Origin: Promethearchaeota archaeon
Lineage (GTDB): Archaea; Asgardarchaeota; Lokiarchaeia; Sigyniarchaeales; SOKP01
Reading direction: 5' to 3'
DNA: 64,000 nucleotides
NCBI GenBank assembly: GCA_016926735.1
Contig: JAFGOA010000187.1
Span: 22,920-86,919, forward strand
Each line of letters begins with the position of its first letter. The stretch's first letter is position 1. Below the pieces are notes generated by a model. It had not been told where the DNA came from. It saw only the letters and a list, made by a program, of their open reading frames with translations, and did not search any database. This document shows positions 31,196-39,471 of this stretch, one piece after another. A program made the translations under genes and the position numbers.

Positions 31196-31336
31196 CTAAA
31201 TGGTAAAATGAAATATAAGCATTATTAGAATATAGAATAAAATAGCAAAAAGAATTTTCTTAATCGTATTTCTTTCTAATTTCATTCTTTCTCTAATATG
31301 GCGTTCATCCAATCTTTTAGCTTCTGATCCAATCAT
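31196..31336 (-). CDS. Small single-TM protein (46 aa), not in the ORF track
   Basis: MIGSEAKRLDERHIRERMKLERNTIKKILFAILFYILIMLIFHFTI*; its TAG overlaps the GAGGT SD of the TauE gene. Confidence 0.55.
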   Translation of the reverse strand: MIGSEAKRLDERHIRERMKLERNTIKKILFAILFYILIMLIFHFTI

Positions 31337-31439
31337 AACTTTAAATATTTTATTAATTAGTAATCTAAATTTAATTTGAAAATTATTATTTTAGATATAG
31401 TATTTAGGAGATTATCACTATTTAAGGTTTTTTACTTAA

Positions 31440-31459
31440 TTGATCATCGAGATGATCAA
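31440..31459. promoter_or_regulatory. 20-bp palindrome, candidate transcription-factor operator
   Basis: TTGATCATC-GA-GATGATCAA, between the divergent TauE unit and iorB. Confidence 0.4.
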
Positions 31460-31774
31460 AACCAATAAATTTAAATATAATTCCATTGAAATAAAGAAAA
31501 ATTACATAATTTTTACAGATTAAAAAAAATTAAAATTTGAATTGATTTTAAACATATTTATTTGTATTTTCTTTAACTTGCTTGGAACTTTTATTTCATA
31601 ATTCTAAATCTTTTTAGATTAATTTTGTATAAACAAAAATAATGATATTAAAATATCCATTTCTTTCTTTTAGGGGGACAAAAAATAGAAGAATTTTTAT
31701 ATTTAAAATGATAAAATCTTTAATCATTTCTAAATTTTTTAATATAATCAAAGTATTTGTTGATATATTCAAAG

Positions 31775-32479
31775 ATGAGCTTTAAAGAAACTGATATTAT
31801 TAATATTGTTGTAGCAGGAACTGCCGGACAGGGAGTTATTTCAGTTAAACGATTAATTGAATTTGCAGCTCAAAAAGCAGGCGCAGAGCGAATTCTTGGA
31901 AGTGAAATCTTTATTTAGTTAGAATAAAGACATTTAATGCATGGACTCGCTCAGAGAGAAGGTGCTATAACAAGTCATACACGATATCAAAAGAAATTGT
32001 TCAATAATCCTCGTAAAGATTTGCAATCTTCATTAATCTGCTATGGAGATGCGGATATTTATATTTGTCTCGAACCAGTTGAAGCTTTGAGAAGAGGTAT
32101 TTTTGCTTCGGAAAAGACAACTTTTGTAATAAATTCAAGAACAATTCCTGGTGTAATGATAACTGCTGGTCTGGAAAAATACCCATCATTAGATAAAATT
32201 AAAGAAACTTTGATAGGTAATGCTAAAGATGTTTATTTTATAAATGCTACTGAAATATCTTTAGAATATTTCAAACAAAATCAGCAAGTAAATATAATAA
32301 TGTTAGGTTTTGCTATATCAACTAATAAATTACCTTTTATCGAAATAGATCATTATGAAGATGTAATTAAAGAATGGCTAAAAGATCCTGAAATAAATAT
32401 TAAAGCATTGCATTTAGGTATCGAAAAAGGTAAAGAAATAATCGAAAAAATGAATTTAAATCCAGACAAGATAGAATAA
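31775..32479 (+). CDS. iorB: Indolepyruvate:ferredoxin oxidoreductase beta subunit, split by a 30-nt intron (exons 31775-31906 and 31937-32479; 224 aa)
   Basis: Exon 1 MSFKETDIINIVVAGTAGQGVI...ILGSE; exon 2 MHGLAQREGAITSH...LEPVEALR...N..MLG; the joined GSEMHGLAQREG is the IorB motif. Confidence 0.9.
31907..31936 (+). other. Bulge-helix-bulge mRNA intron in iorB
   Basis: AGTG-[AA^A]-TCTTTATT-loop-AATAAAGA-CATT-[TA^A]; contains in-frame TAG and TAA. Confidence 0.85.
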
Positions 32480-32521
32480 ATGATTGATAAAGAGAATGTC
32501 TAATAAAATTTAAAAAAATAA

Positions 32522-33442
32522 TTAGCTTATAGACACTATAATTGTTCCAATAATTATTATAATAATTCCTAGTATTTGATACTTATTCAGATTTTCTTTT
32601 AGGATAATAATCCCTAAAATAACAGTAATTAAAGGATTTATGGCAGTAATTGGGCTTGCTCGAGAGATACCAATCAGACGAATTGCTTCAAAATAAGCAA
32701 CGCTTCCTATACCCCAAGCCATTATTCCTGCATATACTAAGAATATGAAATTTCGTTTTGAAATTGATTTTCTTTCTCTCTTTATTTTATTATTATTAGT
32801 ATTTCCAATTGAAAATATCAACCATACTATTGTTGTGAATATAGTAGATACAAAAAATCTAAAAGCTGTTACTGAATATGTGTTAATATTAGGAAATTCA
32901 AAAACGAAATTTAACATAACCAAGGATATTGACCATGATAAAGCACCCAAAATAGCTAATAATATACTTGTATAATATAATTTAGTATTAATCTCTTCTT
33001 TACTATCATTATATCCATTTTTCTGGGATACAAATCCTACTCCAATAACCGTTGTAATAGTTCCTATAATAGTCAAAATAGATATGTTCTCAATATCACC
33101 TATAATTAATATAGTTGCTATAAAGATTGGTGTAATTGAAGACGCAACTTGAACAATTGATGCTTTTCCCATTTTGAGTGCTTTAAAATAAAGAATTTCA
33201 CCCAAAGAGTTTAATAGACCTCCAATTATTAAAAGAAAAGATATATTCATTTGAAATAAAGATCTAAAAGAATATATTAGACCAGAAGCTAATATAAATA
33301 TGAGAAGAAAACAAACAGCTGAAAACCCACGAATAATTACTGAGACCAATGGAGATTGTTCTTTTAAAACTACTTTAACAACAATAACTGTTGATCCCCA
33401 GCAGAATGCTGCCAATATTGATAGTATTATTCCTAAGAACAA
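32522..33442 (-). CDS. EamA/DMT family transporter
   Basis: Two EamA repeats (A..WG, YF.AL, P....L....L.E); ~10 TM. Confidence 0.9.
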   Translation of the reverse strand: MFLGIILSILAAFCWGSTVIVVKVVLKEQSPLVSVIIRGFSAVCFLLIFILASGLIYSFRSLFQMNISFLLIIGGLLNSLGEILYFKALKMGKASIVQVASSITPIFIATILIIGDIENISILTIIGTITTVIGVGFVSQKNGYNDSKEEINTKLYYTSILLAILGALSWSISLVMLNFVFEFPNINTYSVTAFRFFVSTIFTTIVWLIFSIGNTNNNKIKRERKSISKRNFIFLVYAGIMAWGIGSVAYFEAIRLIGISRASPITAINPLITVILGIIILKENLNKYQILGIIIIIIGTIIVSIS

Positions 33443-33908
33443 TGCCTTTCACTAAATTCTTTTTTTTAATTTTTACAATTTATTTGATTTTCCTTATTTT
33501 TTATTATATGCTCAAATAGAAAGATCTTGAGAAGATATAAAAAGAAGGATAATATATTTTTAGTTTTAAAACAACAAAATTAAGTAGTCTTAATACTATA
33601 AAAGATGGAATGTTAAAAATTATATAAACTTTGCGCTAATCTAATGGGAAAGATTTCCCTTATATTATTTTGGAGGATAATTTAAAGGATATTCAATCTA
33701 GATACAATATAATTTAAGAAAACCTTTTTATCTTCGATTTTAGGAACTTAACTAAAATATAAATACCTCAAAATCTAAAAATTAGAACACCATATAAAGA
33801 TATTATTGCTTATGTTGCAATGATATTACCATCAAAAAAAATATTCTATTGCTTTGGGAATGATTTTTTTTTCAATTTAAGGTGATTCTTAGGATTATTA
33901 AAGATGAT

Positions 33909-34379
33909 TTATTTTAATTCTTTTTTTAACATTATCATATGCTTTAAAAGTATTCCATTCTCATAGATAGGTTCAGGGTAATTATCACTGATAAAATTCT
34001 TTTTAATATCATAAATTTCAAAGCCTACTTTTTGATATAAATATAATTGTTTAATTCCTCCATTCGCGGTACCGATAATAATTGTTTTAAAATTTTTTTC
34101 TCGTGCTCTTCTTATAGCGTCTAATAACAATGTTCTTCCTATTCCATGTCCTTGATATTCTTCATCCACAGCAATATTTTTAATTTCAACAATATTATTC
34201 CTTAAATCTTGAAGAACATAGACTGCTATAATTTTTTCATTATTTACTAAAATATAAATTTCTGAATCATTTATATATTTATTAATCGCTTCTGTCGTCT
34301 CATCTGCTAAAAGTAATAAATCATAAGGTATATCCTCATTTCTCTGCAATTGTCTGATTTTACTATTTTCAAAATTCAT
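33909..34379 (-). CDS. GNAT family N-acetyltransferase
   Basis: LLLLAD, IKNIAV.E.YQGHGIG and LYQK.GF motifs. Confidence 0.9.
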   Translation of the reverse strand: MNFENSKIRQLQRNEDIPYDLLLLADETTEAINKYINDSEIYILVNNEKIIAVYVLQDLRNNIVEIKNIAVDEEYQGHGIGRTLLLDAIRRAREKNFKTIIIGTANGGIKQLYLYQKVGFEIYDIKKNFISDNYPEPIYENGILLKHMIMLKKELK

Positions 34380-34760
34380 ATTTCAATCTATGTTATCAAA
34401 TTATTTGTTATTTTTTATATTTTCTAACAATTTCTAGCTAAAAAATAAATTGTAAATCATATTATTAATTTGTAAAAATAATTGGATAAAAAATATAATA
34501 AATAAAATTAAAGATTCTATTTAATCCAATGGTTATAGAGATAATATTAAACGTAAATAATTTAAAGAAAATCTAAAATTTCATTGGTTCTTGTTATTTA
34601 TTTTGCTTTTTTTTTCTAAAAAATCAATAATTCTCAAGTATGCATCTTTTCTGAGAATATACAATTAGAAGTAGATAATAAAAAAATATAATAGATGATT
34701 TTTTCAATTGACCGATGAATTACTGTAAAAATTACCAATTTTTTATAGATAGTTGTAAAG

Positions 34761-35780
34761 CTATTGCTTATCAGTATATAAAAAATTTCTCTCCCCAAGT
34801 ATTTCATCTATTTCATCCATTTGATATTTATTTAATGGCCCAAATTCCAATGTTTTCACATTTTCCTCAACTTGATTTTTGGTTTTAAAACCAGGAATTG
34901 GAATTGTGTTATTACTGCGAGCTAAGATCCAAGAAAGAGCTCCTTGTACCATCGAACGCCCATCACTCATTAATATATCTTTTATGGAATCTAGTTTTCC
35001 TAACCACTCTGGATCAGGTCTTCCCCCTTTAAAATATTTTAACCATTCGGGGGCATTTTTTCCTCGAACATCATTTTCAGGAAGTAGTGATTTTGATGAA
35101 TATTTACCCGTAAGTAACCCCATAGCTAGTACAGTTCTATTGATACTTGCTAAATTATTTTTTTCACATAACCCGATAATTTCTTTCATATCATGCAAAA
35201 CATTAAGTTCATGCTGGATAGAAACACAATTTGAATTTTTTACAAAATATTCACTCAAATCAAATAAATCTGTACTCCATCCATATGCATTTATTTGTCC
35301 ACTTGATTTTAAATCATCTAATGTATGTATTATTGGAATTAGATCATCTTTTGAGACATACCATAAATGTATCTGATATAAATCGATATAATCTGTGCCT
35401 AATCTATTTAATGAAGCTTTACAAGCTTCTTTAATATATTCAGGAGTGATGTTTGTTCCTGTTCTTATTTTATTCTTTGAATCAAAAGTATTGCCAAACT
35501 TGGTTGCAATTATAATATCATCTCTATAACCTTTAATTGCTTTACCTAAAATTTCTTCGCTATGACCTGCTCCATACACATCTGCTGTATCAAAAAAATT
35601 AATTCCTAAATCAATAGCACATTGTATTGCTTTAATTGATTCCGCATCATCTATATTACCATAACCCGATGGAATTCCATTTTCATCCATAGTTACTCCT
35701 CCTATAGCCCAACAACCCATTCCCAAGGGACTCACTTTTATTTTTGATTTACCTAACGTTCTTTTTTCCAGTTTTACCAT
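34761..35780 (-). CDS. Aldo/keto reductase
   Basis: G.GCWAIGG, DTADVYG.GHSE, ATKFG, DYIDLYQIH and PIPG motifs. Confidence 0.94.
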   Translation of the reverse strand: MVKLEKRTLGKSKIKVSPLGMGCWAIGGVTMDENGIPSGYGNIDDAESIKAIQCAIDLGINFFDTADVYGAGHSEEILGKAIKGYRDDIIIATKFGNTFDSKNKIRTGTNITPEYIKEACKASLNRLGTDYIDLYQIHLWYVSKDDLIPIIHTLDDLKSSGQINAYGWSTDLFDLSEYFVKNSNCVSIQHELNVLHDMKEIIGLCEKNNLASINRTVLAMGLLTGKYSSKSLLPENDVRGKNAPEWLKYFKGGRPDPEWLGKLDSIKDILMSDGRSMVQGALSWILARSNNTIPIPGFKTKNQVEENVKTLEFGPLNKYQMDEIDEILGERNFLYTDKQ

Positions 35781-36096
35781 GAGAATACACTAATATTTTT
35801 TAAACAACGATATAAGATTAATTAGAAAGAATAAATCTTAAATCTGTCTATTTTAAGTTACAAAATATTTTTCTAATTGTTAACTAAAACTCTATAAAAA
35901 TCATTAACTTCTTTTCTAATTATATTCTTTTTAAAATAAAAAGCTAGTCCCTAAAAATATTAGGATATTTGCTTACTATGGGGACTAAAACATAACTCAT
36001 TGATAAAAATTTAAGAGTAAGCAAAAGATTTTTTGAGTTTATTAAAGTATTTTATTAAATTGTGATCTTTTGTAAAAATAAAAATGAGAATTTTGA

Positions 36097-36621
36097 CTAA
36101 GTTCTTTTAATTATTCTAATTAATCCTTTTTTACGTAATTTCTCCATGATTATTTCAACGTTTTCTAAAGATATACTTGCGATTTGAGCAACCTTTTCTA
36201 CTGTATTCATTCCATCACAAATTTTCATTACTTTATATTCTTCAGCGGTTACCATACCAAGAGAGACACTCATTTTTGGTACTTCTTTTACAATTATAGG
36301 AATGCGAACATCTCCTGTTTGTGTTCCCATTCTTAATTCAGGGAGACTTGGACTTGCACCAAAAAATGATTTTACTTCAGTAACACTATATTGATCATTA
36401 ATATAAACGTAAATTGTATGTTCATTTATAGATGGATCATCCAGATCATCTGGGTCAGGACTGGGATTGGTATGCTTATATTCTTTTGTATAGGGTCCCA
36501 TAGATAAACCTTTCGCAATTTCATCCTTATCTACTTTAAGATCAATCATCTCTTTACAGATATCACACCATGCCCATATCTCGATAAAGGTAAAATATTT
36601 CTTGACTTTATTTTGAGCCAT
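36097..36621 (-). CDS. Hypothetical protein, N-terminal CxxC/His metal site and C-terminal winged helix
   Basis: WCDIC...H...H; CDG.NTVE.VA....L..KGLI. Confidence 0.55.
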   Translation of the reverse strand: MAQNKVKKYFTFIEIWAWCDICKEMIDLKVDKDEIAKGLSMGPYTKEYKHTNPSPDPDDLDDPSINEHTIYVYINDQYSVTEVKSFFGASPSLPELRMGTQTGDVRIPIIVKEVPKMSVSLGMVTAEEYKVMKICDGMNTVEKVAQIASISLENVEIIMEKLRKKGLIRIIKRT

Positions 36622-36810
36622 TATTCTTCACAATTATAGTTTGATATAATTACTAATATAAGTTAGAATAAATAAAAGAATTTAGCTTTAAATATATATA
36701 GATCAAAAAAAAAGTCACTATTTTCACAAGGATGAATAATAAAATAAAAAAAAATTAAAGTTATAGTTAATTTTCATTCCTAAGACTAATTATAATAAAT
36801 ATTCGAAACT

Positions 36811-36984
36811 ATGTCTATAAAACGTAATATATGTTCTTGTTGCGGACGTCCTATTACCCCTTATGAACCAGCAATCCATTTTCCATGTCCAAACTGTGGA
36901 GATGTAACCATCTGGAGATGTGAAGCGTGTCGAGATAGAGGAAAATCATATCGATGCTTAAAATGTGATTTTGTTGGACCATAA
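36811..36984 (+). CDS. Zn-ribbon RNA-binding protein (DUF1610/HVO_2753-like, 57 aa), not in the ORF track
   Basis: CSCCG...F.CPNCG...I.RC..CR....Y.C.KC.F.GP; conserved archaeal position upstream of EF-1beta. Confidence 0.92.
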   Translation: MSIKRNICSCCGRPITPYEPAIHFPCPNCGDVTIWRCEACRDRGKSYRCLKCDFVGP

Positions 36985-37056
36985 TTTTTATGTATATATT
37001 AGGATTAAAGAACCAACTTAAAAATAAGATTATTCGAAATTATGAGTGATTAAAAA

Positions 37057-37323
37057 ATGGGAGAATTTATTGCTTTAATAGATATCATACCAGAAGATAC
37101 AAATACAAATTTTGATGAACTCCTAGGAAAATTAGGTAGTGTTCTTCCTGAAACATGTACAATTGAACGACATGATATCATGCCCGTAGCTTTTGGATTA
37201 AAAAAAGCTAGATTAAGAGTTAGATATCCAGAAGAATGGGGTGGTACTGATAAACTTGAGGAATTATTCGCTCAAGTTGAAGGAGTTCAAGGTATTGAAG
37301 GAATAGCATTTTCTAAAGCCTAA
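37057..37323 (+). CDS. ef1b: Translation elongation factor 1-beta
   Basis: P.AFGLK and GGTD.LEE motifs, 88 aa. Confidence 0.93.
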   Translation: MGEFIALIDIIPEDTNTNFDELLGKLGSVLPETCTIERHDIMPVAFGLKKARLRVRYPEEWGGTDKLEELFAQVEGVQGIEGIAFSKA

Positions 37324-37438
37324 TTCTGAAAATATAGATTTTTTGAATTCTGTTACTTTTTATTATTTTATTAAAACCAGAATTAAATAATCTCAAATTT
37401 TTTTTATAACATATTAAATACTTAATTTCTTGGATATT

Positions 37439-39442
37439 TCATGCTGTTCTCCTAAAAAATTTATCCATCTCTTTAAATGATATAAATTTTAGAGTAGGAC
37501 GTCCATGAGCACAATGAAAGGGATTTTCACAAGCCGCTAAATCTTCAATTAATTTTCTTATATCTTTTAAAGATAAATTATCACCACCTCTAATACTTCT
37601 ATGACATGATAGATAATTTATAATTTCCTCTTTAGCGTCTGAAAAACTTTTATCCCTTCCTATCTCCGCAATATCAGAGATAATATCTCTTATTATTTCA
37701 GAGCTAATTGTTTTATGAAAAATTATAGGGATTTCTCGTAATAAATAAGTATTACCACCAAAATTTTCAAATTTGAATCCTAATTTTTCTATTTTTTTCA
37801 GGTTATTTTCTAAAAAGATTTTTTCAGTTGGAGATATTTCAATTTTTAATGGAGATATAAGTTTTTGAACCATTTTTTTTGTTCTATTATACATATTGTA
37901 GTAAAATTCTTTTGTAATTCGTTCAGAAGCAGCATGTTGATCTAAAATGAATAATCCCTCCTCATTATCCTTGCTTTTACCTTCTAAAACAATATAAATC
38001 TTGTTATTTAATTGTCCAGTATAAGACATTAAACGTATTTTTGGGAAATTCTTTTTGATGATATATTTATTTCTGATGATAGAATCTGAGGAATATGAAT
38101 CTTCTTTTTTTAAATAATTATCATCTAAATCTAATTGAATTATTCTTAAGTCTTCATCTTTTCTGTCTTGTAAAGTATCATAATTTAAGTTTTGATCTTC
38201 TAATTTCTTTATATTTGATTTTATCTCACAAGGATTACCGATTATCGGGATATCTTTAATTTTTTCACCAATATTTTTAGATGTTATTTTTAATTCTTCT
38301 TTCTCTTTTTTATTATTCTGAATTGTTTTTTCCTTTATTTTTAGTTCTTTTTGAAAAGAATATCCATTGATTTTTTCATCAATCTTAGAATATTTTTCAG
38401 TATATTTATTCAAATCTGTTAAAATATGTTCTTCTTCTGATTTTAAAAAATAGGAATTTATGAACCCTCTTAATATATTATATACTTTATTATAGATGAA
38501 TATATCATCCTCAAATCTTATCTCAAGTTTTTTAGGATGGATATTAAAGTCAATAATCGAAGGATTTACCTCTAAATTTAAAATAAAAAAAGGATTTTTA
38601 TTAATCATTAAGATTCCTTCATAAGCTTCTTTAATAGCTCTAAATAGCAAATCACTTTTAATATATCGCTGGTTTATAAAAATACTTGATTGATCTCTAC
38701 TTTTTCTAGATATTCGGGGATGACCAATAAGACCCGTTATTTTAAAAAGATATCCTTTTTCTTCATATTCTATTTCTTTCATTTGGTTTATAATATTCTT
38801 CCCATAAATATGAAATACAGTTGTTTTAAGATCATTTTCTGAGGGACAATTCAGAATTTGTAATTCATTATGAGTATAAATAAAATGTATATTTGGATAA
38901 GCTAAAGAATATCTTTGTATAATATCTGTAATATGGCCTAATTCTGTTGGATCAGATTTAAGGAATTTTTGACGAGCAGGAATATTGTAGAATAGATCTT
39001 TAACCTGAATATTAACACCAACCGGAACAGATATTTTATTTTTTTTTTTTATTATTCCTCCTTCTATTATAAGTTGAAGTCCAATTTCCTCATCAGAAGT
39101 TCTTGATATAATCTCAACTTTACTAACAGCTATTATACTTGCTAGGGCTTCTCCTCGGAACCCAAGTGTAGAAAGCTTTTGTAGATCTTCAATACGTCTT
39201 ATTTTACTACTTGTATGTCTTTTTAATGCAATTTCTAGTTCTTCTGAAGGAATACCAAATCCATTATCGATTACTTGAATTAATCTTTTACCAGCTTTTC
39301 TAATATTTACTTTAATCTCTGTTGAACCTGCATCAATACTATTTTCAATAAGTTCTTTTATAACATTTGCAGGTCGTTCAACAACTTCTCCCGCAGCAAT
39401 TTGTTCTGCATTCTGAATTTTTTGTATTTTCTTTCTAATCAT
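37439..39442 (-). CDS. mutL: DNA mismatch repair endonuclease MutL
   Basis: IAAGEVVERP, GFRGEAL, DQHAASER and CAHGRP motifs. Confidence 0.96.
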   Translation of the reverse strand: MIRKKIQKIQNAEQIAAGEVVERPANVIKELIENSIDAGSTEIKVNIRKAGKRLIQVIDNGFGIPSEELEIALKRHTSSKIRRIEDLQKLSTLGFRGEALASIIAVSKVEIISRTSDEEIGLQLIIEGGIIKKKNKISVPVGVNIQVKDLFYNIPARQKFLKSDPTELGHITDIIQRYSLAYPNIHFIYTHNELQILNCPSENDLKTTVFHIYGKNIINQMKEIEYEEKGYLFKITGLIGHPRISRKSRDQSSIFINQRYIKSDLLFRAIKEAYEGILMINKNPFFILNLEVNPSIIDFNIHPKKLEIRFEDDIFIYNKVYNILRGFINSYFLKSEEEHILTDLNKYTEKYSKIDEKINGYSFQKELKIKEKTIQNNKKEKEELKITSKNIGEKIKDIPIIGNPCEIKSNIKKLEDQNLNYDTLQDRKDEDLRIIQLDLDDNYLKKEDSYSSDSIIRNKYIIKKNFPKIRLMSYTGQLNNKIYIVLEGKSKDNEEGLFILDQHAASERITKEFYYNMYNRTKKMVQKLISPLKIEISPTEKIFLENNLKKIEKLGFKFENFGGNTYLLREIPIIFHKTISSEIIRDIISDIAEIGRDKSFSDAKEEIINYLSCHRSIRGGDNLSLKDIRKLIEDLAACENPFHCAHGRPTLKFISFKEMDKFFRRTA

Positions 39443-39471
39443 AAAATTTAGTAGTTTCTATTTAATTAAAA

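Noticed and set aside
31775-31936. iorB as a pseudogene, or stop read-through (pyrrolysine/selenocysteine)
   Set aside because: Two different stops (TAG, TAA) sit in a 10-codon insert inside a conserved motif; both exons look intact and BHB cut sites restore the motif exactly
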